This document shows, piece by piece, positions 20,677 through 30,285 of a DNA stretch of 64,000 nt. The notes beneath the pieces are model-generated. The model was not told the origin of the DNA. It was given only the letters and a program-made list of their open reading frames with translations, and searched no databases. The DNA is from a virus: positions 44,738-108,737 of IMG/VR virus record IMGVR_UViG_3300027741_002766; one strand, written 5' to 3'. The position numbers and the translations under genes were made by a program. Within the stretch, counting starts at the first letter, position 1. Every line of letters starts with the position of its first letter.

Positions 20677-22305
20677 TTATCCTGGTCCGCCATCTTTGGC
20701 TATGGTTTGTGGTGCTGTGGGTGTACCCGATTTTGAGGTGCTGTTTGCAATATTTGTCAGGTATGCACGACCTCCTAGGGCCTGTATGTCTCGTTCACTA
20801 CCATTGGCCAATACGGCCTGTGCTTCAGCCACGCCTATTCTACCTGACGCCACTTCGTTGTTGGCTGGGCCAACAGTTTGTGTGGTGAGTGCAGTAATGC
20901 CATCTCGACGGGTGTTTTCCCATGCATTCTTACCTGTATTAGAACCACTGCCAGGATCAAATGGCGGAAGTCTTGATTGATTGTCTGTTGGTGTTTTTAC
21001 AGGACGACCAGCATCTATGGCCGCAGTATCGCTATTGTATTGTGCCCACTGGCCTTCAATTTCCTGGGTAAATTTTCCACCCCGGAACATGTGTGTGATC
21101 TTGGTGGCCACATAGGTGGTGGCTTCTCTTGATAGACCGGCGATGCCTTTGGATCTGTCGGCAAAATAATTTTGGGTGCCTGGATCTAGTAGTCCTGTTT
21201 GCAAGTCATAGTCTGTGGGTCGATTCCAGGCCACGCTGAAATATGCACCGCTGGCTTGAGTGTTTATGGTACCATCTGGAAAAAAGGCCGAAGTTGTAAA
21301 CGACTGCTCCACAGTGTCCATAAGTGGACTGGGCATCCAGGCAGGATCACCTACCACGGTGAGTTTGACTGATGCAAGATCTGAACTGTAGAGAAAATCT
21401 GCGGCATTGGCTCCTGACTCGTACACTCGCTGTTCTGCGCCTTGACTGCTTTGCCCACTCACTGCAAAGGTTTGAATTTTCCATTGCTCTCTGGTGTTTA
21501 CTTTTCTTGCGTTATCTTGTTGTGTAGGAACATCTGCGGTTTTGGCCTGTGTCCATTGATGATTAAAACTTTGTTCAAATTGTAAAACCTGAGTATTCTG
21601 CCCTGTAAACCAATAGTTGTAATTTTTATGTACTCCTCTGAATTTTCCTGCCGGAAAAAACACACTCAGCATGGGAGTTTCATAAGGTACAACAACAAAA
21701 GTCATGCGATAGGCATGATCCTGGCGTTTGCGATCGTATCCCAAGGCCTGAACTTGTACAACAATATTGTACCAGGCAAATTGTTGTGCAGGTTTTCCGT
21801 TTGATTCCCACTGTTGCGTTTGAGTATTCCAGACCACATTGGCCTGACCAATGATATAGTTACTGCTACGGATCACTTGATCAATAAACTGCACAATTTG
21901 TTGTCCGGCTCTGGCTGCACGAGTTCTAACTGTGGGATCAATGCTTTGTTTGTTTGGTAACAACTGTTGCGCGGCTGTGAGGTTGCTGGAGCCTCCGGCC
22001 AGGGTTTTGTCAAAGTCTCCTGCGGGTACCATGCCGGCAGTGGCAATGATGTCATCCACAAATTTTATTTCATAAATGTCGGCAATTTCTATTAGAGGAT
22101 TGGGTTTGCCGTTGGCATCTCTGTTGTTGAGCAATCTCAACTGTTCAGCATTCAATGCTGTTATCAGGCCTGTGCCTATTGTGTTGACTGATGGCTTGGG
22201 AGCATTGTTGGCCTTGGTAGGCGCTTTTGTAGTAGTAGGCGGCCCTTGGGGCTTCATGCCTTCTCTGTACTGGGCTATCAATCGCGCTCTGTTGTCGTCG
22301 GCCAT
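20677..22305 (-). CDS. Baseplate hub-like protein (C-terminal part)
   Basis: 'VKLTVVGDPAW' and 'YVATKITHMFRGGKFTQEIEG' resemble the C-terminal half of gp27/gpD-type hubs; strong GGAGGAGG SD. Confidence 0.65.
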   Translation of the reverse strand: MADDNRARLIAQYREGMKPQGPPTTTKAPTKANNAPKPSVNTIGTGLITALNAEQLRLLNNRDANGKPNPLIEIADIYEIKFVDDIIATAGMVPAGDFDKTLAGGSSNLTAAQQLLPNKQSIDPTVRTRAARAGQQIVQFIDQVIRSSNYIIGQANVVWNTQTQQWESNGKPAQQFAWYNIVVQVQALGYDRKRQDHAYRMTFVVVPYETPMLSVFFPAGKFRGVHKNYNYWFTGQNTQVLQFEQSFNHQWTQAKTADVPTQQDNARKVNTREQWKIQTFAVSGQSSQGAEQRVYESGANAADFLYSSDLASVKLTVVGDPAWMPSPLMDTVEQSFTTSAFFPDGTINTQASGAYFSVAWNRPTDYDLQTGLLDPGTQNYFADRSKGIAGLSREATTYVATKITHMFRGGKFTQEIEGQWAQYNSDTAAIDAGRPVKTPTDNQSRLPPFDPGSGSNTGKNAWENTRRDGITALTTQTVGPANNEVASGRIGVAEAQAVLANGSERDIQALGGRAYLTNIANSTSKSGTPTAPQTIAKDGGPG

Positions 22306-23798
22306 TATAGTCCTCCTCCGCCAAAGGCCATGCCACTATCATTTACTGTGTTGGGGTCTGTTCCGGCGGCAATAGCAGCCTGCTCGCGCATGGACAAATC
22401 GCCCACCTTGACCGGAGGAGCCGATTTGATTGGCGTGTCATTTCTAGTTTTGTCACCTGCTGCCTGTGATGCGGTTTGTTGTTGTATTTGTCCTACTAGG
22501 ATATCACGCACAGTGGCTCCTGAAAACTGATAGTCAGCAGGTATACTGCCGCGATTGGTTGATTGTCCTGTGTTAGTACTAGGATGCGAACCTGTGATTC
22601 TGTACTCAACCAGTTTGGATCCCACTGAGTATTTCAAATCAGTCATGGCAAAAAATATGTATTTTTCCACAGCGGCTCTGCTGTCTGTAGCACCAATGTT
22701 TCTAGCAATGGGTTGAATCAATTGACCTTTTTCATCGTATCCGTAAAAACGCACAATCATACAGAACAAGCCTGATGCGTAGTTGGCTTGATCAGCAGGA
22801 GGTATAAATCCTTTGCTTTTGTAAAGATCATTCATGGCTGCATACAAATTCGAAGGTAGACTGATGCCATTGGGTTCGCTGATGGTAAATTCCAAAGTTG
22901 TGTATTCTGCTGGGCCGCCAGAATCAAGTTTTGCACTATAGGCTGTGTTGACAGAAAAATTGTCAATATAGTAATCCAAATTGAAATACGGACTGCGGCC
23001 AGCAGTTCCTGCTAGTGGTCCCGACTCGCCTGGGTTGTACACACCAGTTGTCAAGGGTGCGCCTCCTGATTGCGCCAGTAGATAATAGCCGTTGAGATCT
23101 TTTTTGATACTGGTTTGAATTTGATTGTAGGCTTCAGGATCCATGAGATACCAACTGAGTGAGTAGGTATAACTAGGGTACTGGTCTAGAATGTTATCTT
23201 GTGACAGAATTGCATTGGTTGGTCCTGCGTATAGTTGATCTAGTCTGTTTCTCAATGCATTTGTGCCCATGGGACCGCCACCTGATCCGCGTTGATCATC
23301 TCCGGGCGCCGCGCCGCCAGGACCGCCAGCAGGTGCTGTTATACCAATCACATTGGTTGTAAAAGGATTGGTCTGAGGCACTGCCTGCGTCTGTGAAATC
23401 GTTCTAACAGCGGCATCGGTGCCTACAGTAGGTGTATTTTCTGTGGTGGGTGTTGGATTGGCATTGGTACCTGAGCCCGAGCCTTCGGGCACAATTCTGC
23501 CAGCAGGGGTGAGTACTTCAACAGCCGCAGGTGGTCGCGTGGAGTTGGCGTTGTTGTCTCTGGCCTGGTTGGCATTGCCTACTACTGCGCCAGCACTGGC
23601 CGGGGCAAGCACAGATTTTAATTCTGCTTCCAGTGCCAGGATCTGTCCCGGAATGTTTGCAACCTCGTCTCTGTATCTGGCCAAGATGGCCTGGTTACTT
23701 TGTAAATTTGGATTGAGATCTTTTAGGCCATTGCGAGCAATTCGCAATCTATCTCTTAACCGAGCAATTTCGTCGGTGATTTCTTGTGCTGTGGCCAT
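22305..23798 (-). CDS. Baseplate hub-like protein (N-terminal part)
   Basis: 497-aa ORF between the gp53-like and hub genes; 'NILDQYPSYTYSLSWYL', 'LEFTISEPNGISL'. Confidence 0.6.
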   Translation of the reverse strand: MATAQEITDEIARLRDRLRIARNGLKDLNPNLQSNQAILARYRDEVANIPGQILALEAELKSVLAPASAGAVVGNANQARDNNANSTRPPAAVEVLTPAGRIVPEGSGSGTNANPTPTTENTPTVGTDAAVRTISQTQAVPQTNPFTTNVIGITAPAGGPGGAAPGDDQRGSGGGPMGTNALRNRLDQLYAGPTNAILSQDNILDQYPSYTYSLSWYLMDPEAYNQIQTSIKKDLNGYYLLAQSGGAPLTTGVYNPGESGPLAGTAGRSPYFNLDYYIDNFSVNTAYSAKLDSGGPAEYTTLEFTISEPNGISLPSNLYAAMNDLYKSKGFIPPADQANYASGLFCMIVRFYGYDEKGQLIQPIARNIGATDSRAAVEKYIFFAMTDLKYSVGSKLVEYRITGSHPSTNTGQSTNRGSIPADYQFSGATVRDILVGQIQQQTASQAAGDKTRNDTPIKSAPPVKVGDLSMREQAAIAAGTDPNTVNDSGMAFGGGGL

Positions 23799-23800
23799 AT

Positions 23801-24100
23801 TTAAAATCCTAGTACATTACGTAGCGTAGAGATCTTGGGCAAGTAAATTTGTACGCCTGCACGGAAATCCAAAGGCGGTTTGGTCAAGGTATTGGGATTG
23901 CGTTGGTAAAACACCCACCACAATGTGGGTGTGTCATAGAGATCATAGGCCAGGAGATCAGGTCTGTACTGATAGGTTTGATTTATTATCAAAATTCTAT
24001 CGTCACCTTGCTTGGGTATGCTACGGTTCTGCCAAGTATCCAAAAAGAACTGGCTGTAGCCTGTGTTGTAGTAGGCAGTGGTTGAATCGTAATCGGCCAT
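23801..24100 (-). CDS. Baseplate wedge protein, T4 gp53/LysM-like
   Basis: 'YQYRPDLLAYDLYDTPTLWWVF...N...DFRAGVQIYLP' motif. Confidence 0.85.
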   Translation of the reverse strand: MADYDSTTAYYNTGYSQFFLDTWQNRSIPKQGDDRILIINQTYQYRPDLLAYDLYDTPTLWWVFYQRNPNTLTKPPLDFRAGVQIYLPKISTLRNVLGF

Positions 24101-26364
24101 TACCAGAATCCTCCTTTGAGTAGATCGCCACGAGCATACTGCTGTAGGCTGAATACCCGGCTGACCTGCTGACGACTTTGCACAGGCAGTAGTGAAATGA
24201 CCATTTGCATGCGAGTGGGCACGTAAGTAGGTTGATTTTGTCCCAGAGTAGGCGGTGGTGGTCTGCAGGTCTCGGCGCCCTTGCTGATGCCTTGACTGTT
24301 GAACAGATTCTGCAGTCGACCCACAGCGCCCGATATGGGATCAGTGGCAGTGGTCTGTCGGTCTCTACGTGTGAGCATGTTGGATCCATTGATGTTGGTT
24401 GATCTGGTGCGAATATAGTCCACGTCGGCTGGCAAACTGTAATTGAAACTGGAGACCAAACATGGGTGTGCCGCAAATTGGTACTCGCCTAGTCCGGTAA
24501 GGTATACCAAAGGAGGTGGTGCTCCACGTTGAGCATCTTGACCGTAGAACATCTTGGTAACCGAACGGAAAAAATGTATCACTGCCAGCAGGTAGTTGGC
24601 CTCTGCGGTGTCTTGCGCAGTAAACACCGCAGTCATATTTACTGCATCTGTATAACTGCTCTTGTAAAAGTATCCCTTGTAGTTGCTGTGTGTGAGTGCA
24701 TATGAATCATAGTCAGCCTTGTAACTGGTTTCAATTTGCGGCATGTAAGGAAATATCACTCCACTGGTCAAGGCCAAAGGATTCAAAATTCCATTGCCTG
24801 GATCGTTGTAAAGATAGTTGGCTCCTGGGGCCAGGCTCAGGCGCACACGCCAGTCGCCGTTGTTGACTGCTCGCTTTTGTGCGGCATACACTGCCTGTTG
24901 TTGTGCCAGTGCGCGGCCCACTTGAGTTTGAATTGCTGATGCTTCTGCGGCTGTGACATTGGCAGTGGTTGCGCCAACCACAGTTGTTACCACATTGGCC
25001 AGGCTGGCTGTGTTAGCATCAACTGCTGTGGCCGATTTGGTTAAAAAATTCCCAAGATCGGCCTGCTGGGTTGTCAATGGCGAATCCGGCAGTTGTGGGA
25101 TACCCAGTCTTGCACGAATATAAGGGTCTGTGGGATCTGCATTGCCCAATGCTTGTCTCTGCTCAGGTGTTAGTCCTGCATAAGGATCAGATACTGGAGC
25201 CGGAGAATTTGATTCCCCAGTAGAGGCTCTATAACCGGCTGAGTTGGTGTCAATGGTAGCCTCGTTAAACTTGATTGTTTCTTGTGTGGTAGCAATATAG
25301 GCTTGATTTTCAGTGATGCTTTGATTCTGATCAAAAATGTTCTGTGCCTGTGCGGCATTTGCGGCTTCAAGTTCTGCACGTCTGGCAGCAGTTAAAGATT
25401 CAGAATTGGCCAATTCGGCATTGTTCTGTGCGATAATGCTTTCGCTGTCTGAAATTTTTTGTTGTGCTGACTGAATGGTCTGCGTGGCAGTGGCTATTCC
25501 TTCCTGACCTTTTGCAATTTCTGTACCAGCCTGATCGATGTTTGTTAGATAAGGATTTGGATTTTCTGAGTATGCGTTGAGTCTTGCCGCATCAATCACT
25601 GCCTGCTGATTGGCTGCGGCGATTGCGGCGCCAGCACCTGTATCAACCGCGGTTGCAGATTTGTTCACAGCATTGGTTTCTGTCAGTGCCTGCGGCGAGT
25701 TGGGATCCACAAGGCTGTTGATAAATCCTGGTGTGATATTTCTTGTGAGTTGCGCGGTTTGTGCGGCATCAAGAATAGTTAAACCAAATTCATCTTTGGT
25801 AGAGGCTGGATTAGATGTCAATGCCGATAAAGATTTTTGAACAGTGGCTGATTGAGCATAAGGACTAGCCGCTGGTGTTCGAGAGGTCAATGCTGACAAG
25901 GATCTTTGTACAGTGCCGACCGCTGATGTTGCTACATCCTTGACAGAATTGAAAAAGTTGCTGGCACTGGGCAGGCTGTTGAGTTCTGAACCTGGCAACT
26001 GGGGAATACCCAGTCTGGCACGGATATAGGGATCAGTGGGATCTGCCGTTCCTAAGGCTTTTAATTGCTCAGGAGTCAGTCCGTTATACGGGTCTAATGA
26101 TACTGTGGTCGACGTTCCTGCCGCGCCTTCACCTGTTGGTGCACCGTAGTCACCGTAGTCTGTGGTGTTTGACACTGTGTTAGGATCGTTGGTAGTTTGA
26201 TTAGGCCTAGTAGCATCGTTAAAGGCGGCATCACCTGCTAGACTTTGATTTTGTTCCCCAGTGTTGTCCAAGATTTCTTGGCCATACTCGTCACCATACT
26301 TGGTCACAGATGCGGGTACGTCACTGGGAAAATCTAGCGGTATTCCTTCAAAGTCATCAGACAT
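24100..26364 (-). CDS. Tail tube initiator-like protein (gp48/gp54-type C-terminal domain) with long low-complexity N-terminus
   Basis: C-terminal 'GVIFPYMPQI...GAPPPLVYLTGLGEYQFAAHPCLVSSFNYSLPADVDYI'; upstream of the gp53-like gene; AAGGA SD. Confidence 0.65.
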   Translation of the reverse strand: MSDDFEGIPLDFPSDVPASVTKYGDEYGQEILDNTGEQNQSLAGDAAFNDATRPNQTTNDPNTVSNTTDYGDYGAPTGEGAAGTSTTVSLDPYNGLTPEQLKALGTADPTDPYIRARLGIPQLPGSELNSLPSASNFFNSVKDVATSAVGTVQRSLSALTSRTPAASPYAQSATVQKSLSALTSNPASTKDEFGLTILDAAQTAQLTRNITPGFINSLVDPNSPQALTETNAVNKSATAVDTGAGAAIAAANQQAVIDAARLNAYSENPNPYLTNIDQAGTEIAKGQEGIATATQTIQSAQQKISDSESIIAQNNAELANSESLTAARRAELEAANAAQAQNIFDQNQSITENQAYIATTQETIKFNEATIDTNSAGYRASTGESNSPAPVSDPYAGLTPEQRQALGNADPTDPYIRARLGIPQLPDSPLTTQQADLGNFLTKSATAVDANTASLANVVTTVVGATTANVTAAEASAIQTQVGRALAQQQAVYAAQKRAVNNGDWRVRLSLAPGANYLYNDPGNGILNPLALTSGVIFPYMPQIETSYKADYDSYALTHSNYKGYFYKSSYTDAVNMTAVFTAQDTAEANYLLAVIHFFRSVTKMFYGQDAQRGAPPPLVYLTGLGEYQFAAHPCLVSSFNYSLPADVDYIRTRSTNINGSNMLTRRDRQTTATDPISGAVGRLQNLFNSQGISKGAETCRPPPPTLGQNQPTYVPTRMQMVISLLPVQSRQQVSRVFSLQQYARGDLLKGGFW

Positions 26365-26383
26365 GTTTTATTCCTTGAACATG

Positions 26384-26389
26384 TATTTA
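26384..26389 (-). promoter_or_regulatory. Late promoter TAAATA for the baseplate operon
   Basis: TTAAATA followed by AAGGA SD and ATG 26364. Confidence 0.65.
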
Positions 26390-26421
26390 ACCAAAAAATT
26401 AACTGGTCCGTTTATAAAAGG

Positions 26422-26449
26422 TTGACAACTAGTACAAATGTGTTACACT
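26422..26449 (+). promoter_or_regulatory. Sigma70-type promoter for the late sigma gene
   Basis: TTGACA (26422-26427), 16-nt spacer, extended -10 TG-T-TACACT. Confidence 0.6.
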
Positions 26450-26479
26450 AAGTACATATCTGAAAGGAATCCCCAGTCA

Positions 26480-27373
26480 ATGACTGCAACTATCCGTGCC
26501 ACACCCAAAACCAACTATCTCAACAATAGAGATATCCTCAAAGAAATACATCTCAGCAAAAATTCTTATTGTGCCTTCCGAGATCCTGTGATCGATCATC
26601 AGTTTGACATAATCTTGCCCTCCGTCAGCAAGATCAATCAAAAGACCATAGCAGAAGCACGCCGCAATCGTGCTGACCGTCTCAAACGTGAAGGCACTAT
26701 AGTAGATCCTAAAAAAATCCCCAACACAGACGTTGTGTTCCGTATCACCTGCTGGGAACATATACCAATGGCGCCCAAAAAGATCACCAAGGCCGAAGCC
26801 AAAAAGCGCAAGTTAGAAGACATCCTGGAACTGGATGATGTCGCAGAAGATCCTCTAGCAGACCTTGTAGAGGAGCCAATCTTGGATCCTACCCACATGC
26901 GAGTGAACTTTCCTCCGTTCTGGCACTATCGAATTGACGAAAATAAAGTGCCTTTTGTGGTGGGTAAAAGCCATTGGCGGGGTACACTAGATGCGGGCGA
27001 GTTCTGTAAAGATCATGGCAAAATGACCCGAACTTTGGCCAACATGTTTATGAAGTTGTGCGAAAGATATGCTACAAGGAGTAACTGGCGTGGATACACA
27101 TACAACGAAGAAATGCGGGGACAAGCCCTGCTACAACTGTCTCAAATCGGACTCCAGTTCGATGAATCAAAATCGCAGAACCCTTTTGCGTATTATACTG
27201 CCGCTATCACTAATAGTTTCACTCGTATCCTAAACATTGAGAAAAAGAATCAAAACATACGTGATGACATCCTGGAAATGAACGGACTCAATCCGTCATG
27301 GACACGCCAGAACTCGGGCAAACACAGCATGGCTGCCATGTCCGGACCGGTTGTTTCTAGTCTTGATGAGTAG
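26480..27373 (+). CDS. gp55: Late transcription sigma factor, T4 gp55-like
   Basis: 'NYLNNRDILKEI', 'RSNWRGYTYNEEM', 'FDESKSQNPFAYYT...NSFTRILNIEKK' match gp55 motifs; gene order 55-47-46 as in T4. Start placed at ATG 26480 after an AAGGA SD. Confidence 0.85.
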   Translation: MTATIRATPKTNYLNNRDILKEIHLSKNSYCAFRDPVIDHQFDIILPSVSKINQKTIAEARRNRADRLKREGTIVDPKKIPNTDVVFRITCWEHIPMAPKKITKAEAKKRKLEDILELDDVAEDPLADLVEEPILDPTHMRVNFPPFWHYRIDENKVPFVVGKSHWRGTLDAGEFCKDHGKMTRTLANMFMKLCERYATRSNWRGYTYNEEMRGQALLQLSQIGLQFDESKSQNPFAYYTAAITNSFTRILNIEKKNQNIRDDILEMNGLNPSWTRQNSGKHSMAAMSGPVVSSLDE

Positions 27374-27379
27374 TATAAT
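27351..27379 (+). promoter_or_regulatory. Sigma70-type promoter for gp47 (likely leaderless)
   Basis: TTGTTT, 17 nt, TATAAT, then 6 nt to ATG 27386. Confidence 0.5.
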
Positions 27380-27385
27380 AGGTTG

Positions 27386-28402
27386 ATGACTAACCTATTT
27401 CGCAAAGCCGCGGTCTTTACAGACATTCACTTTGGCCTAAAAAGCAACAGTGTTCAACACAACGAGGATTGCCTAAACTTTGTCAAGTGGGCCGTTGCTA
27501 AAGCCAAATCAGAAGGTTGTGAGACCTGTTTGTTTCTCGGCGACTGGCACAACAACCGTGCCAGCCTGAACATTGTTACCCTAAACTACAGCCTGCGGGC
27601 ACTGGAGCATATGAATGACAACTTCGAGCATGTTTTTTTCATTCCTGGTAATCATGACTTGTATTATCGCGACAAACGTGATATACAAAGCGTGGAATGG
27701 GCCCGTCATCTTCCGAATGTTACTATATGTAACGATTGGTTTAGTAGCGGCGATGTCGTTATTGCACCTTGGCTTTGCGGAGATGATCACAAACGCATTC
27801 CTAAACTAAAAGGTCGGTACATGTTTGGGCACTTTGAATTGCCTGGTTACTTGATGAACGCCATGGTAGAGATGCCGGATCACGGCGAAGTACGCAGAGA
27901 AGACTTTGGAAACTTTGAACATGTGTTCACTGGACACTTTCACAAACGACAGACCAAAAAGAACATTACCTATATTGGCAATTGTTTCCCGCACAACTAC
28001 GCCGATGCCGGAGACGATGAACGTGGCCTGACCATTATTGAGTGGGGGCAGGAGCCAGTGTATCATGCCTGGCCCGATCAACCCAGATATCGTGTGTTAG
28101 GCTTGGCCAATATCATCGACAACGCACCCAACTTACTTGCTCGAGACATGCATGTGCGTGTGCAGTTGGACATTGAGATATCATATGAAGAGGCCAACTT
28201 CATCAAAGAAACTTACATCCGGGATTATGGCTTGCGAGAGATGGCCTTGATACCCAACAAAAATAGTTCGGTGGACACTGACATGGCGCCCGGCGAAGTC
28301 AAATTTGAATCGGTGGATCAAATTGTTACTGATCAGATTACCAACATTGAATCAGAATTTTACGACAATAAATTGTTGTTAAAGATATACCAGACTCTAT
28401 GA
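27386..28402 (+). CDS. gp47: Recombination nuclease, Mre11/SbcD-like (T4 gp47)
   Basis: Metallophosphoesterase motifs DIHFG, GDWH, GNHD, GHFE, GHFH. Confidence 0.92.
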   Translation: MTNLFRKAAVFTDIHFGLKSNSVQHNEDCLNFVKWAVAKAKSEGCETCLFLGDWHNNRASLNIVTLNYSLRALEHMNDNFEHVFFIPGNHDLYYRDKRDIQSVEWARHLPNVTICNDWFSSGDVVIAPWLCGDDHKRIPKLKGRYMFGHFELPGYLMNAMVEMPDHGEVRREDFGNFEHVFTGHFHKRQTKKNITYIGNCFPHNYADAGDDERGLTIIEWGQEPVYHAWPDQPRYRVLGLANIIDNAPNLLARDMHVRVQLDIEISYEEANFIKETYIRDYGLREMALIPNKNSSVDTDMAPGEVKFESVDQIVTDQITNIESEFYDNKLLLKIYQTL

Positions 28403-28863
28403 CATGGAGACACACACAATTAGGTCAGTCATTGTGTGATCAAGACCAACTGATTTTACAACTGTTTGAACATCACACGGTAAAGTATGTGGGTCAAGAC
28501 TGGGAATTTGCCAAGTGCTTGAATCAAGACATTCAGTCTGATAATTTGATTCTAATACTAAATCAACCAATCTGGTGTTCGGAATTGATCTCCTTATGCA
28601 AAACTCACTTGTCTGAGTCTATCAAAACTTTCTACATCGGGATCAATAGATACTGTATCAAAGGAAACGACACTACCAAAGATTTCGAAATATCTCAACA
28701 CCAAGGCCAAGACATAGTTGACTTTGTTGGCGATCAACTTCATGAGCATGGATATTCTGTCACAAAGTCAGGCTCATTTGATCAAGACCTTGGCAGATAT
28801 TTCAACTTTGTGCAACCATTGACATGGCTATATGGATACAAAACAAAAAACACAGATAACTGA
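28399..28863 (+). CDS. Hypothetical protein
   Basis: 154-aa ORF, ATGA-coupled to gp47. Confidence 0.7.
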   Translation: MTWRHTQLGQSLCDQDQLILQLFEHHTVKYVGQDWEFAKCLNQDIQSDNLILILNQPIWCSELISLCKTHLSESIKTFYIGINRYCIKGNDTTKDFEISQHQGQDIVDFVGDQLHEHGYSVTKSGSFDQDLGRYFNFVQPLTWLYGYKTKNTDN

Positions 28864-29407
28864 TCAAAATCGAGATAGTTTTTTCCGTCATGTGTACCAT
28901 CATCAGACTGACGCCAAAGATCAGTTGGTAGACCTTGATGGTTTAGAAGAATCCACAGTTATTTGCGTTGACTGCTGTGGATGGTATTATAAAACTTTGT
29001 TCCCACATAAATCCATCCAGAGTCTGGAAACAATAAAAACCGTAAAAAATTTCAATCTAGATCGTGCCTATTTTGATCGACTGATCGACAACCAGTCTGA
29101 TGATCGACTTGGCTGGCCATCTATATCTGCCGAGCAGTGTGCTGTGATATTTGACAGATCTCCTTTGCTCAAATATCAAACATTAGATCAGATATCTAGT
29201 GTGTTGAACACAGTGGCACACAAGTATACTCCTGCTACGATATTGTTAGAACAAGCATTGAAATTTATTGACGACACAAGATTGGTTGACCGATTTTACC
29301 ATGTATCGGCCCTCAAGATCAACGGATATGTTGTAACCAAGTTCGTGTATGATCTTGATGCAGATCGTCTCGGTATTTCTTTCCGCAAAAAAGTTCAACT
29401 GCCATGA
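28832..29407 (+). CDS. Hypothetical protein
   Basis: 191-aa ORF overlapping both neighbours. Confidence 0.7.
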   Translation: MDTKQKTQITDQNRDSFFRHVYHHQTDAKDQLVDLDGLEESTVICVDCCGWYYKTLFPHKSIQSLETIKTVKNFNLDRAYFDRLIDNQSDDRLGWPSISAEQCAVIFDRSPLLKYQTLDQISSVLNTVAHKYTPATILLEQALKFIDDTRLVDRFYHVSALKINGYVVTKFVYDLDADRLGISFRKKVQLP

Positions 29408-30285
29408 CAGATACAATTGCCATTGATTTTGTAGCAGGGACTCATGGTCATTTTCTTGAGACCACCCTGAATCGATTTTTTCGCATCACCCCTGACATGA
29501 CTGAATCTTTTACTGCAACAGGAACCAGTCATCTCAAAACCAATGAGTACCAACAAAACAAATTGTTTTGGGCCAGGCATTGGTTTGAACTTGAGCCTGT
29601 GCATCTAGCAAATTTACAAAAGATCATATCTATTAGATTCACGCAGGACGACTTGCTACTGGTATCTACAGCAAGTTTGTTACGGACTGCGGACTTCAAT
29701 ATCAACAATGATGATCTCGAAATTGACACAGTCAACAAGTTGAGCAACAATTTTTATCAGACAACTTTGGAACAGATTTATGCGGCATATCCGTTTTTGG
29801 ATCGAGCACAAGTATCCATACCCAGACATGTGCTGAGAGAATTTTATAAATTTGGTTTTAGAAATCCCCACATCAACGGCTATTGGTTGAAACAACAAGC
29901 CATGACATATCCCACACACTGCGACATTTGTTTTTTTGATTTTTCTGCTTTTTACGACCTAGACCAGTTGGTTCAAAATATCAAGAAAGTGGAAAAATTT
30001 ATAGACAAAAAATTTGATTTTTCCCAAGAGTTCTATCAACAGCATGAAAAATTTTTGAGTTTCATAACCTACCACCAGCACAAACAACAGTGCGACCATG
30101 TGATAGAATGTGTCAAACACGGCATGGATATCTCTATTCCAAGGCTCACATTGTTTCAAGAGAGTTACATCAATGGCTGTTTGGAAAATATCTACCACAA
30201 AGAAATGCCGTTTGATCAGGATAGGTACTTTACTTCTACTAAAGATATGCTATACTATATTACTAACCTTGCTCCAAATTTATGA
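29404..30285 (+). CDS. Hypothetical protein, possible sulfotransferase-like P-loop fold
   Basis: N-terminal 'IAIDFVAGTHGHFLE' (strand, Gly loop, helix); ATGA-coupled at both ends. Fold guess is weak. Confidence 0.6.
   Translation: MTDTIAIDFVAGTHGHFLETTLNRFFRITPDMTESFTATGTSHLKTNEYQQNKLFWARHWFELEPVHLANLQKIISIRFTQDDLLLVSTASLLRTADFNINNDDLEIDTVNKLSNNFYQTTLEQIYAAYPFLDRAQVSIPRHVLREFYKFGFRNPHINGYWLKQQAMTYPTHCDICFFDFSAFYDLDQLVQNIKKVEKFIDKKFDFSQEFYQQHEKFLSFITYHQHKQQCDHVIECVKHGMDISIPRLTLFQESYINGCLENIYHKEMPFDQDRYFTSTKDMLYYITNLAPNL

Noticed and set aside
23797-23805. TAAATA at the gp53-like / hub gene junction
   Set aside because: It overlaps the start codon itself, so it is too close to be a promoter; it arises from TAA plus AT plus ATG.
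925-26300. Plus-strand ORFs opposite the baseplate genes (e.g. 4179..4751, 13143..13688, 20023..20634)
   Set aside because: Antisense to well-supported genes, with atypical composition and no expression signals.
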